Shown here: positions 1 through 9,258 of the stretch, piece after piece
Numbering within the stretch: position 1 is the stretch's first letter
How the letters are laid out: the number at the start of each line of letters is the position of its first letter
Source: an uncultured Actinomycetes bacterium
GTDB lineage: Bacteria > Actinomycetota > Thermoleophilia > Gaiellales > Gaiellaceae
Direction of reading: 5' to 3'
Assembly: GCA_963789585.1 (NCBI GenBank)
Contig: CAWBLB010000005.1
Span: 27,973 to 91,972, forward strand
DNA: 64,000 bases
The notes under the pieces: model-generated
The model's input: the letters and a program-made list of their open reading frames with translations, nothing else
Databases searched by the model: none
Told to the model about the DNA's origin: nothing
Translations under genes and position numbers: made by a program

Positions 1-209
1 GCCAGGGCCCGCCCGACGAGCCGCTCGTTCGTGAACGGCCCGTACATGTCCGCGGTGTCGAGGAAATCGATCCCGAGCTCGAGCGCCCGGTGGATCGTCG
101 CGACCGCCTCGGCGTCGTTCCGGGCGCCGTAGAAATCGGACATGCCCATGCAGCCGAGCCCCTCGGCCGAGACGACGAGGCCCTCCGTGCCGAGCGTGCG
201 CCGTTCCAT
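1..209 (-). CDS. aldo/keto reductase, N-terminal part (continues past window start)
   Basis: Reverse translation from ATG at 209 gives [62 protein letters not shown], a classic AKR N-terminus. Confidence 0.8.
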   Translation of the reverse strand, partial: MERRTLGTEGLVVSAEGLGCMGMSDFYGARNDAEAVATIHRALELGIDFLDTADMYGPFTNERLVGRAL

Positions 210-273
210 CGGCGGCAGAGTAGCGGCGAGGTGTCGCCTCACGGCTGCTCTGCCGCGACCGGCCCGCCTCAGT

Positions 274-525
274 TCACGCGGGCGGGTCCAGGTGGTGCGC
301 CGGCAACCCCAGGTCGGTCTCCCACTCGTCGAGCAGGCGCCCGACGTGGCGGCTCTGGGCAGCGGAGAACTCGAACCGGGCGACGATCCGTCGCGCCTCG
401 CCCGGGTCGTCGTTGCGGATCGCCGCCTCCAGCCGCTCCCGGAGCGGCTCCGGTTCGCGCAGCTGCCGGCGCAGCCAGCGGAGCAGGCTGACCTTCGCGG
501 CCCGGCTCAGAGGGGCAGCGCCCAC
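274..525 (-). CDS. small hypothetical helical protein (83 aa)
   Basis: ORF fills the gap between the AKR and GNAT genes. Third codon positions are strongly G/C. It overlaps the GNAT stop by 19 nt. No recognisable domain. Confidence 0.45.
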   Translation of the reverse strand: MGAAPLSRAAKVSLLRWLRRQLREPEPLRERLEAAIRNDDPGEARRIVARFEFSAAQSRHVGRLLDEWETDLGLPAHHLDPPA

Positions 526-1370
526 GTTGCCTCCCGCCGCTCGGACACGAAGCCGAGTCGCTCGTACAGGGCGATGGCACCGGTCGGGTTGCCGGCATCG
601 ACCTTCAGCCCGACGCGCCGCACGCCACGGCGGGCGAGGTCGGCGAGCCCCAGACCGACGAGCACAGCGCCCAGACCCTGCCGACGCTCGGAGGCACGGA
701 CGGCCAGGTCCTTCAGCCAGCCACCGCTCCAGTAGAGGGCGCAGCCTGCGAGCTCACCGTCACGCTCGGCCAGCCACCAGACAGTCGGATCGAATTCGAT
801 ATCCCCCGTCATCCACCTGACCCAGTCGTCGTGCTCCATCGGTGCGTAGTGCCTGTCCCAACCACGATACGCCTCGTCGAGCAGCGCGTGCACCGCCACC
901 GCATCAGCGGGCTCGAACGTCCGCAGCACGACCCCCGGCGGCCGGAGCGGCTCCTCGAGCCCGGCGCCGAGGCGGCGCCACATCACGATCGTCTCCGTGT
1001 GCAGCTCGAACGGGTGGCGCCGCACGAGCCGTGCTCGGGGGTCGGTGTCGGAGACGACGGTCAGGTGGAGCATCCGGAACCCGCGCTCGCTCGCTCGGGC
1101 CGCGATGCGCTCGAGCAGCTCATCCGCCGGCTCGTCGTCGAAAGCGGCCAGCGCCAGGCTCTGTCCCGAGCCGACCGCCGCATACCCGACGACCTTGCCT
1201 CCGCGCTCGGCGACCAGGTTGTCCCGCCCGACCTCGAAGCTCGGCAGCTCCCACTGGCTGCGAACGTCCTCGATCCCGACAGCCGCGATCCCGGACGCCG
1301 CGCGACTCTGTGCGGCGAGCAGCCCGGCAGCCTGCTCGAGATCGTCCCAGGTGGCCGGCCGGATCTCCAC
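507..1370 (-). CDS. tandem-GNAT N-acetyltransferase (mycothiol synthase MshD-like architecture)
   Basis: 287 aa with two acetyltransferase halves. The second carries the RRQGLGAVLV acetyl-CoA motif and ALYERLGF. Confidence 0.8.
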   Translation of the reverse strand: MEIRPATWDDLEQAAGLLAAQSRAASGIAAVGIEDVRSQWELPSFEVGRDNLVAERGGKVVGYAAVGSGQSLALAAFDDEPADELLERIAARASERGFRMLHLTVVSDTDPRARLVRRHPFELHTETIVMWRRLGAGLEEPLRPPGVVLRTFEPADAVAVHALLDEAYRGWDRHYAPMEHDDWVRWMTGDIEFDPTVWWLAERDGELAGCALYWSGGWLKDLAVRASERRQGLGAVLVGLGLADLARRGVRRVGLKVDAGNPTGAIALYERLGFVSERREATWALPL

Positions 1371-1410
1371 GGGGTGATTCTGTCGACCCGCCCGCTACTC
1401 TGCGCTTCTG

Positions 1411-1483
1411 GCCCCCATCGTCTAGCGGCCTAGGACTCCGGCCTTTCACGCCGGCAGCACGGGTTCGAATCCCGTTGGGGGTA
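1411..1483 (+). tRNA. tRNA-Glu (anticodon TTC)
   Basis: GCCCCCATCGTCTAGCGG...CCGGC-CTTTCAC-GCCGG...GGGTTCGAATCCC...TGGGGGTA; cloverleaf with 7-nt anticodon loop and TTC anticodon. Confidence 0.95.
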
Positions 1484-1508
1484 TTACGGCCGGCGGGTGA
1501 CCCGCGGG

Positions 1509-1859
1509 TCAGGCTGCGCGGGTGAGCAGGTGCACGCGGTGCGTGATCTCGTTGAGCTTCGCGGCCGAGATGGTTCCCCAGCGCTTCGAGAGACGCTCGC
1601 GGGAGATCGACCTGACCATCTCGGGCATGGCGTAGCTCCGCTCGCGCACCCCGCCCTCGGGTGGATCGAGTGGGACGTAAAGGGGGCTCGGGCGGTTCGT
1701 TCGGGTCAGCGGAACGACGATCGCAAGCCCGCTGGCGCCGGCGCTCAGCTGCTCGACCGAGATGACGACGGCCGGGCGTGACCCCGCCTGCTCATGCCCG
1801 CGGGTCGGGTCGAGATGGCAGAACCAGACCTCGCCCTGGTGCGCGTCGGGGGCGCTCAT
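1509..1859 (-). CDS. MazF/PemK-family endoribonuclease toxin
   Basis: 116 aa starting MSAPDAHQGEVWFCHLDPTRGHEQAGSRPAVVIS...IVVPLT, typical PemK/MazF signature. The longer upstream ORF extension was rejected. Confidence 0.85.
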   Translation of the reverse strand: MSAPDAHQGEVWFCHLDPTRGHEQAGSRPAVVISVEQLSAGASGLAIVVPLTRTNRPSPLYVPLDPPEGGVRERSYAMPEMVRSISRERLSKRWGTISAAKLNEITHRVHLLTRAA

Positions 1860-2110
1860 CCAGACACGGACAGGCCGTCTCCGGCCGTCGTGTCCCAGGC
1901 AGTGACTTCCGCACGGTAGGTCTCCCAGGCCTCCGGGTCGAGCTTGAGCTGGTCGTAATGGCTCTCCATCGCCTCGAGCAGCGTCTGATCCTCGGCCTGA
2001 CTCGCAAGCTCGTCGACGAGCTCGCCGGCGCTCATGCCCCGTACGGCGCCGATGCGATTGAGACGATCGCGGGTCTCCGGGGTTACTCGAATTGTCGCCG
2101 TCGCCGCCAT
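1856..2110 (-). CDS. ribbon-helix-helix antitoxin partner of MazF
   Basis: 84 aa from MAATATIRVTPETRDRLNRIG (RHH N-terminus). Its stop overlaps the toxin start by 4 nt (ATGA). Confidence 0.7.
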   Translation of the reverse strand: MAATATIRVTPETRDRLNRIGAVRGMSAGELVDELASQAEDQTLLEAMESHYDQLKLDPEAWETYRAEVTAWDTTAGDGLSVSG

Positions 2111-2270
2111 GAGCAACAGCGTATACGAAGCGTATACGTAAGGATGCTCCCACCCGTTGCGGACCGAACCGGATAATTCAGCCGGGACTCGGACCACGGC
2201 CTGTGCTCGGCCAGGTGTGGAGAGCGGGGCGACGTGACCGTGCTGTCACGCCGCCCCGCCCGGGCGTCTG

Positions 2271-3434
2271 TTAGACGCGCGCCACGTGGAAGGAGACGAG
2301 CCGGCGGGCGGAGATCCCGCCGAGAATGTCCTCACCCGGCTTGCGCGCGCGGACGAACATCACGAGCAGTTGCTGGTGTGGGCTGACCGGGAACCCGGTG
2401 AGCGCTCTGAAGTTCACGGTCACCCAGCCGTCGGCGCCTGTCGTCTGCTCGTTGACCGGGGCGAACATGCCGTAGGGGACGGCCGTCACGAAGACGAGCG
2501 CGCCCTGCACCGAGCCGCCGCAGGCGCTGACATGGAAACGGGCGGTCAGCGACCGGGTGCGGTAGGTGACCCTGCTCGGGCTGACCTGGAACTGGTCGAT
2601 CTGCAGATGCGCGGGCGAGGTGATGTTCGCGATCGCGACCGTCCCTCCCGTCGTAGAGCAGCCAGCTGTCGGGGAAGGCGGCGTGCCTGCGGCCGCCTTG
2701 ACCACCGCAGTCGGCACCGAGGTCGCCGACTTGTTTCCGGCCGAGTTCGTGGCCGTGACAATGACGCGAAGCGTGCTGCCGGCGTCCGCGTTCTGGATCA
2801 GGTAGGTCGTGTGGGTCGCGCCACCCTCGTTCCCGCACTTGCCGCCCGAGGTGTCGCAGCGCTGCCACTGGTACTGGTACGTGATCGGGGCCGTGCCGGT
2901 CCAGGTGCCCGGTGCGGCGGTTAGGGTCTGGCCCGCCTGAATGGTGCCGGAGATCGTCGGCGGTGCCGTGTTCGCCGGCTTGGTGGTGCTGGCGGCTTGG
3001 ATGACTGCGGTCGGTACCGAGGTCGACGAGTTGACGCCGTCGGAGTTCGTGGCCGTGACGGTGACGCGAAGGGTGCTGCCGACGTCCGCATTCTGGACCA
3101 CGTAGGTCGCATGAGTCGCGCCACCCTCGTTCCCGCAGTTGGCGCCGGTTGCGTCGCAGCGCTGCCACGCGTAGGTGAACGTGATCGGGGTCGTTCCACT
3201 CCATGTTCCCGAGGTGGCGGTGAGCGTCTGGCCCGCCGTCGGCGTTCCGGAGATGGTCGGCGGCGCCGAGTTCGATGGTGCTGCAGCGGTCCGTGTAGTG
3301 CGGGCACCGGCAGACCCGATCAGCGCGAGAGCGAACGCGAGCACGAGCGCCATCCCCGAGAGCGTCGCGGCGACCAACCCTCCCTTGCACCCTTTGTTCG
3401 TGAGTTTTGCCGTACGACTCTGGCCGTCCTGCAT
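2271..3434 (-). CDS. secreted/anchored protein with two tandem Ig-like repeats
   Basis: N-terminal hydrophobic segment MALVLAFALALIGSAGA. Two repeats of about 95 aa: PPTISGT..GQTLTA..GTW.GT.PIT..Y.WQRCD..G..CGNEGGATH.TY..QNAD.GSTLRV.VTATNS. Confidence 0.75.
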   Translation of the reverse strand: MQDGQSRTAKLTNKGCKGGLVAATLSGMALVLAFALALIGSAGARTTRTAAAPSNSAPPTISGTPTAGQTLTATSGTWSGTTPITFTYAWQRCDATGANCGNEGGATHATYVVQNADVGSTLRVTVTATNSDGVNSSTSVPTAVIQAASTTKPANTAPPTISGTIQAGQTLTAAPGTWTGTAPITYQYQWQRCDTSGGKCGNEGGATHTTYLIQNADAGSTLRVIVTATNSAGNKSATSVPTAVVKAAAGTPPSPTAGCSTTGGTVAIANITSPAHLQIDQFQVSPSRVTYRTRSLTARFHVSACGGSVQGALVFVTAVPYGMFAPVNEQTTGADGWVTVNFRALTGFPVSPHQQLLVMFVRARKPGEDILGGISARRLVSFHVARV

Positions 3435-3909
3435 CTCAACAGCTCCTTTCGGTGGCCTTCAGATCGTCGACGCTTCGGTCGCGCCGATCTCGTCGTGGAT
3501 CTGTGATGTGTTTGGCTTCGTCTCATGGTCGAGCCGTGCTATCGACCGCCGGGCACAGGTACGAGGCAGCCGCCAATCGCGAGCGTCGCAGCCTCCGATC
3601 GGGCGCCGGACTCGCGCGGGCTTGTCCGCGGGCAGTCCACGTCGGACGGCCGGCCAGCCGAATCGACCGGACGCCTCTTCCAGCGCGTTCCTCCCAGCTG
3701 AATCGAGGATGCCTCACCAACCTCGAGCTGCGGCCGGCGACTCATCCCACCCTGCCGAGGGAGGACGTATCGGCGCGGAATCAGGGGCTGAGATACCGCA
3801 AGGCCCCAACTCTAGCAATCGCGCGACGCGTCCCAGAACCCCACCCGGACGGCCCCGTGCGAGCGGGTCGTTCGTCGGCGCGGTGAGCCCACAAGTAGCC
3901 TCCTCGGGG

Positions 3910-4539
3910 ATGGATGCGCCGCATACGATCACCGACGAAGCCGAGCTGCGCGCGATTGTCGGCGCGCCTGCCGAGCTCGTCGTCTCGAAGGTCTCGGACC
4001 GGCTCAACGAGCTCACGCGGCAGTTCGTCGAGCGCTCGCCGTTCGTCTGTGTGGCGACGAAGATGCCGGGCGGCGGGATCGACGTGTCGCCTCGCGGCGA
4101 CCCAGCCGGGTTCGCGCGGATCCTCGACGACCGGACGCTGCTGCTCCCGGACCGGCCGGGCAACCGGCTCGCCGATACGCTCACGAACCTGATCGCCGAC
4201 CCGTCGATCGGGCTGCTCTTCCTGATCCCGGGCGTCGGCGATTCGTTTCGGGTCAACGGCCGCGGCGTCATCACCGACGACGCCGCGCTGCTCGCGCCGA
4301 GCGAGGTCGAGGGGTCGGTGCCCCGGCTCGGCATCCTCGTCTCGATCGAGGAGGCCTACACCCAGTGCTCGAAGGCGCTGATCCGCTCTGATCTCTGGAA
4401 TCCCGAACGGCACGTCGACCGATCCGAGCTCCCGAGCTCCGGCGAGATCCTCCGCTCGCTGAACGACCCGGACTTCGACGCGGCCGAGTACGACCGGGCC
4501 CGGACCGAGCGCTACGCGCGCCGCGAGGACCTCTACTAG
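3910..4539 (+). CDS. pyridoxamine 5'-phosphate oxidase-family FMN-binding protein
   Basis: 209 aa from the ATG at 3910 (MDAPHTITDEAELRAIVG...). Contains SPFVCVAT..GGIDVSPRGDPAGF...LLLPDRPGNRLADTL.NL, typical of PPOX-type flavoproteins. Confidence 0.8.
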   Translation: MDAPHTITDEAELRAIVGAPAELVVSKVSDRLNELTRQFVERSPFVCVATKMPGGGIDVSPRGDPAGFARILDDRTLLLPDRPGNRLADTLTNLIADPSIGLLFLIPGVGDSFRVNGRGVITDDAALLAPSEVEGSVPRLGILVSIEEAYTQCSKALIRSDLWNPERHVDRSELPSSGEILRSLNDPDFDAAEYDRARTERYARREDLY

Positions 4540-4601
4540 TGGTGCGTGCCCGTGAGGATCTCCGGGGTGATCTGATGAGGGAAAGGCACCGGCTCTAGAA
4601 G

Positions 4602-5036
4602 TTGTTGTTGCGGCACGAGTTGGTCTACGACGCGACGGCGTGGACGGTCGCCCACGACGCGTGGCTGCGCCGGCAGCGGTTCGAAAGCCGGCCGCTCGCG
4701 CTCGCCTTCGACGAATGCTACGGCGCCGTGCTGCAGGCAAAGACGCGTCGTGACGCGCTAGACGTCGCGATCGCCGAACTCGCCGGCGAGCCGCCGTTCG
4801 CCGAGATCGTTGGCCGCCTCTGCTGCCTGCGCGGCGTCTCGACGCTGACCGCGCTCGGGTTGACGGTCGAGCTCGGCGACTGGAGCCGTTTCCGCCCGGA
4901 GTCGCTCGGGCCGTTCCTCGGCCTGACCCCGAGCGAGAACTCGAGCGGTGAGAAGCGCCGCCAGGGCGCAATCACCAAGACCGGGAACAGCCATGCCCGC
5001 CGTCTGCTGGTCGAGGCGGCCTGGCACCGACGACGC
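4602..5036 (+). pseudogene. IS110-family transposase, C-terminal fragment only
   Basis: Contains LRGVSTLTALGLTVELGDWSRFRPESLGPFLGLTPSENSSGEKRRQGAITKTGNSHARRLLVEAAW (Transposase_20 domain). The N-terminal DEDD domain is absent and the 3' end is cut by the IS3 remnant. Confidence 0.8.
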
Positions 5037-5040
5037 GACC

Positions 5041-6042
5041 TCAGGGTTTTCAGGTTGACAAGCTCTTGATGTTGTCTCTCTTGTAATTCAATCGGTAGCG
5101 CTCGTCCTCGTACTCGGAGGGCTGGACGTCGAAGAGGTGCTCGTGGAGCCGCTCGTCGTTGTAGAACGCGATCCAGGAGAGCGTCTCATGTACGACGTGC
5201 TCGTAGCTTGGGAAGCGGCGGCTGTGGACGAGTTCGGTCTTGAATGTAGCGACCACGCCTCGGCCATCGCATTATCGTAGGCGTCGCCTCTCGAGCCACA
5301 GAAGGCGCGGCGCCGAGCTCGTCGAGGCGGTCGGTATAGGCCAGACTAGTATATTGCGAGCTGCGGTCGTTGTGGGCGATCAGGCCGGCGTCAGGGCGGC
5401 GCAGGCCGTTTGCCATTTCGAGCGCGTCCATCACCAGCTCGGTGCGCATGTGCGGCGCGAGTTGACAGCAGACGATCTTGCGGCTGTAACAGTCGAGGAT
5501 GAACGCGAGGTAGAAGAACGAGTTACAGGTGCGGATGTAGGTCAGATAGGCGACACACTTCTCGTTAGGTCGGGTCGCCGTGAAGTCGCGCTGGAGCAGG
5601 TCGCGGGCCAGTTCGACCGCGGCCTCGTCCGGGATCGTGGTGCGGTGCTTGCGCCCACGCCGGTAGCCGACCAGGCCTTCCCGGCGCATCAACCGGGCGA
5701 CCTGGTCGCGGCCGACGTCACGTCGCGGCGTCTGAGCTCCTTCCAGGTCTTGCGGGCGCCGTACGAGCGCCGGTACAACGTGCGAGCGGCTTCGATCTCC
5801 AGCAGGAGCTTCTCGTCGGCGAGCGAGCGGGCCGACGGCTTCCGGGACCTGCGCGCGTAGTGCGTGCTCACCGGCACGCCCAGCTCGCGGCAGATCGGCT
5901 CGACCCCGAAGGCGTCCCGCTTCTCCTCGAGTAGCGGGTCACCGTGGCCGGGTCGGGTCGAGAGCCTGAGCGAAACAGACGGACGCGTCCTTCAGGATCG
6001 CGTTCGCCCGCCGCAGCTCCGCGACCTCCTTGCGCAGCTGCC
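5041..6042 (-). mobile_element. IS3-family element remnant: orfB split by at least two frameshifts, orfA reduced to a C-terminal fragment
   Basis: Three ORF pieces (5050-5256, 5186-5692, 5689-5877) carry rve-integrase motifs: YLTYIRT, IAHNDRSSQYTS, FYNDERLH. The reverse frame near 5990-6040 reads RQLRKEVAELRRANAILKDASVCFAQ, the orfA leucine-zipper end. End coordinates are approximate. Confidence 0.8.
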
Positions 6043-6207
6043 GTGGTCTGGCCGGCAACGTTTCCGGGTCTCCGGCCCGCGATCACGCTGCGCCATGGCC
6101 CGCCCTCGTCCTTGTCAAGGCAACCAGCCTTGCCTACGGACGATGACGGACTCTGACTTGGTGCTCGCGACCCGGAAACCGGGAAACGTTGCCGGTCAAA
6201 CCACTAG
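6043..6207. mobile_element. MITE-like element, copy 1 (left tip truncated, abuts the IS3 remnant)
   Basis: About 90% identical by eye to 29862-30029 and 60868-61036. Termini are GTGGTCTGGCCGGCAACGTT ... AACGTTGCCGGTCAAACCACTAG. Confidence 0.8.
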
Positions 6208-6246
6208 CCGCCTCGTCGCCGTGGGACGGCGCGACCTCGCCCCGCG

Positions 6247-6714
6247 TCAGGCGCCCGGCTTCCAGACCATCAACACGAGGATCGCGACGATCAGCAGCCC
6301 CGAAACGTAGTTGACCGCGAGAGAGCCGCGGTCGTCGAGCAGAGCGCGCAGCTCCGCCTCAACCGGGCGTCCCTCCGCCGCGTGAGCAGCGGCGAGCCGG
6401 CGTGCCCGCTTCGGGGTCTGACCGCCGATCCCGCCGAGCCCCATCGCCGCCACGAACAGTCCGGACGCGGCATCGACCCAGCCCGAGCCGAACCCCCAGT
6501 GCCCGAGCTGCACGAGCCAGAGACCGCAGACGCCCGCGAGAAGTGCGCCGGCCCCGACGAGGACGACGCCCGTCCTGGCGAGGCCGAGGACAGAGGCGAT
6601 CTCGGCCGGCGAGTCCCGCCGACGCGCCGTCTCGAACGCAACCGCGGCGACGAGCAACCCCGAGACGAGCGAGAACGCGCCCACCAGATGAAGGAAGAGG
6701 GCGACGTTCTCCAT
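6247..6714 (-). CDS. integral membrane protein (4 TM, DUF2269-like)
   Basis: 155 aa with four clear hydrophobic helices. No catalytic motif. Confidence 0.65.
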   Translation of the reverse strand: MENVALFLHLVGAFSLVSGLLVAAVAFETARRRDSPAEIASVLGLARTGVVLVGAGALLAGVCGLWLVQLGHWGFGSGWVDAASGLFVAAMGLGGIGGQTPKRARRLAAAHAAEGRPVEAELRALLDDRGSLAVNYVSGLLIVAILVLMVWKPGA

Positions 6715-6946
6715 CGCGGTCAGGCTAGTGAAATGCAGCCGACAGTGCGCTCGAGGCGAAGGTCGACGCCGTCAGGAGGCCTCGGGGCTTCAGCCCGAGC
6801 GCCTGCCACAGCCGAGCCCAGAATGGGTGCCCGGGCCGCGCGGCTTCCGCTACATTTGTTCCGGCGGTCCGAAGAGGGACCGGTTCGGCAACGGGGCCTC
6901 TGGGGAATTTCTCCGGGGGCCTTTTCGTTTTTCCGGAGAGGATTCC

Positions 6947-8167
6947 ATGCCCACATCGGCGATCCCGAACGTCAAGCCTCCTCTCGGGCGACGGTTCGAC
7001 CAGGATCTGCGGGCGCTCGGAGCTGCGTCGGTGTCGGTTGGCTTTGTCAGCACCTATCCGCCGACCAAATGTGGGCTCGCGACGTTCACCGCCTCGCTCG
7101 CCGACGCTCTCGGCGCCTCGCACGAGGCCGGCTCGCTCGGCGTCGTCAGCTGTGTGGACGAGGCCGGCCTGAGGTCGAATCCCGCGGAGGTCGTCGCCGA
7201 ATGGGTCCGTGGCTCACGCACCTCGCTGGAGCAGGCGGCCGCGACGCTCGACCGGTTCGATGCGGTGATCGTGCAGCACGAGTTCGGCGTCTTCGGAGGG
7301 CGCGACGGCGCCGAGGTGCTCGACCTGGTCGCGCTGCTCTCGGTTCCGGTGGTCGTCGTGCTGCACACCGTGCTGGCCTCCCCGACGTCGAACCAGCAGG
7401 CGATCGTCGAGGAGCTCGCCCGCTCGGCCTATCGCGTCGTCGCCCAGAGCATCGTCGCAAAGGAACGGCTGCTCGACGCGCACGAGGTCGACCCGGCCCG
7501 GGTTGCGGTCATCCAGCACGGCGCCCTTCTGAATGTCGCGCCACGCATGCTCCGGACCGATTCCGCCCGCCGCCCGGTGATCCTGACCTGGGGGCTGCTC
7601 GGTCCCGGGAAGGGGATCGAGCACGCGATCGAGGCAGTTGCCCTTCTCTGCGACCTCGACCCGTCCCCGCGGTACGTCGTGCTCGGCGAGACGCACCCGA
7701 ACGTGGTGCGGGCGTCGGGCGAGGCCTACCGCGAGTCGCTCCAGGCCCTCGCACGGTCGCTCGGCGTCGAGGGCCTCATCGAGTTCGAGAACGGGTACCG
7801 CGACACCGCCGGGATTCTGGCCGAGATCCGCAAGGCGGACATCGTCTTGCTGCCGTACCTCTCGCGCGACCAGGTCGTCTCGGGTGTGCTCGTCGAGGCG
7901 ATCGCCTCGGGCAAGCCGGTCGTCTCGACCGCCTTCCCGCACGCGGTCGAGCTGCTGCGGAAGGGCTCCGGGATCGTCGTTCCGCATGAGGATCCGCGCG
8001 CGATCGCCGCCGCGCTCCGGGTGCTGCTGACCGATCCGGCGGCGGCACGGCGGGCAGCCGCGGTCGCGCGGCGCCAGGCCGTCCTGCTCAGCTGGGATCA
8101 CGTCGGGCGCTGCTACCGGGAGCTCACGGCCGGTGCGGTGCGGGTCGCGGCCCTCGCCGCCCCGTGA
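6947..8167 (+). CDS. glycosyltransferase family 4
   Basis: ATG at 6947 preceded by GGAGAGG. VGFVSTYPPTKCGLATF N-terminus and a C-terminal GT1/GT4 EX7E-like region (DIVLLPYLSRDQVVSGVLVEAIASGKPVVST). Confidence 0.85.
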   Translation: MPTSAIPNVKPPLGRRFDQDLRALGAASVSVGFVSTYPPTKCGLATFTASLADALGASHEAGSLGVVSCVDEAGLRSNPAEVVAEWVRGSRTSLEQAAATLDRFDAVIVQHEFGVFGGRDGAEVLDLVALLSVPVVVVLHTVLASPTSNQQAIVEELARSAYRVVAQSIVAKERLLDAHEVDPARVAVIQHGALLNVAPRMLRTDSARRPVILTWGLLGPGKGIEHAIEAVALLCDLDPSPRYVVLGETHPNVVRASGEAYRESLQALARSLGVEGLIEFENGYRDTAGILAEIRKADIVLLPYLSRDQVVSGVLVEAIASGKPVVSTAFPHAVELLRKGSGIVVPHEDPRAIAAALRVLLTDPAAARRAAAVARRQAVLLSWDHVGRCYRELTAGAVRVAALAAP

Positions 8168-9187
8168 TCAACCGGCGGTGCGAAATGCTGCGAGCAGCTC
8201 GTCGGTCGAGACCGTCGCCGCGCCGACACACCGGTCGGCGGCGCCGTAGGTGAGGTAGATCGTCCGGTCGGGTAGAGGCACGGCGCCCTGGAGGAAGACG
8301 ACATTGTCCACGTCCCCCGTCCGCTCCCACTCGAGCTCCGGGCGCATGATCGATCCGTCGAGGATCGATTTCACCTGCCCGGTCTCGTCGTCGAGGAGCG
8401 CCGCGCGCGCCGTGTAGCGCCCGTCGCCGTCTCGCTCGTGGAAGAGCAGGATCAGCCCGTCCTCCGTCGCGACCGGCGGCGCGCCGGCGCCGACGCCGAG
8501 CGAGGTCTCCGGCGGCGTGATGATCGTGTGCCGCTCGAGCTCCGACATGTACGCCTCCCAGTAGCCGTCGGGTGGGTCCCAGAGCTGGTCGAGCGAGTCG
8601 AACAGGGCGAGCTGCATGTTCGGGTAGATGCGGTGGATCAGCCCGACACCGTCGTTGCCCAGGTTGAAGATCACCGCGTCCTTGTTCGGCTCGCCCTCCG
8701 GCCCGATCACCCGCCCGGAGCCGGTCTCGAGCGAGAACCGGTCGCCGGAGTATTCGAGACGGTGCACGCCGATCCGCCAGAACTCGTCGCTGCCGGGCGC
8801 CGGCAGGTTGGTGTACGTCATCACGAATTGCGTCTCGTCGCCGACCTCGACCACCTGCACGCGGGGGTCCTCGTACGAGTAGACGCCGTCCTGGGAGTTG
8901 GTCGCGAGCACCTGCTGGAACTCGTACGTGCGGCCGTTCTCGGAGACGAAGACGAGCACGTCGGAGATGTAGTCGAGGAACCGTGCGCCCGACCCTCCGT
9001 TCCGCCGGTAGTGGTCACGCACCCCGCGTGCGAACAGGTGGAACCGGCCGTCGTGGAAGAGGGCGCCCGCGTTGAAGATGGGCCCGTACCCCTCGACGGC
9101 GCCGTACGGGACAACGGGCAGTGTGCCGAGACGATGCACGTCGACCGGCGCGCAGCGCGCGTTGGTGGGGTCGTTCAGGGGAGCCAT
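8168..9187 (-). CDS. GH130-family glycosidase/phosphorylase (DUF377 beta-propeller)
   Basis: 339 aa with NAGALFHDGRFHLFAR...YEDPRV...NKDAVIF...YGAADRCVGAATVS, characteristic of GH130. Confidence 0.8.
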   Translation of the reverse strand: MAPLNDPTNARCAPVDVHRLGTLPVVPYGAVEGYGPIFNAGALFHDGRFHLFARGVRDHYRRNGGSGARFLDYISDVLVFVSENGRTYEFQQVLATNSQDGVYSYEDPRVQVVEVGDETQFVMTYTNLPAPGSDEFWRIGVHRLEYSGDRFSLETGSGRVIGPEGEPNKDAVIFNLGNDGVGLIHRIYPNMQLALFDSLDQLWDPPDGYWEAYMSELERHTIITPPETSLGVGAGAPPVATEDGLILLFHERDGDGRYTARAALLDDETGQVKSILDGSIMRPELEWERTGDVDNVVFLQGAVPLPDRTIYLTYGAADRCVGAATVSTDELLAAFRTAG

Positions 9188-9258
9188 CGCCGGTTCCGCG
9201 AGAGCCTAGCGCCGTCCGCGCCCACCGCGGGCCGGGGAGGTGTGCCAAGCTGGCGGAC

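Noticed and set aside
3435-3909. 475-bp divergent spacer between the Ig-repeat protein and the PPOX gene, examined for a riboswitch or other structured RNA.
   Set aside because: I compared both strands by eye with the TPP (a CUGAGA is present at about 3788), FMN, cobalamin, c-di-AMP (ydaO) and RNase P core motifs. None of the paired conserved segments is present together. It stays unexplained but unsupported; an Infernal scan would settle it.
4536-4543. CTAGTGGT at the PPOX stop codon matching the first 8 nt of the MITE terminal repeat.
   Set aside because: Only 8 nt match and the following sequence diverges completely. It could be a solo-TIR scar, but chance is not excluded. Mentioned under the CTAG-target finding only.
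6382-7989. Very long ORFs in the six-frame track: 6382-7989, 24834-27140, 51679-53868, 41771-43822, 15176-16264, 3781-4971, 58796-60178, 55677-56897.
   Set aside because: All are antisense or out of frame relative to genes with unmistakable conserved motifs. They translate to Arg/Pro/Gly/Ala-rich low-complexity strings. Stop-codon depletion in a ~70% GC genome explains them.
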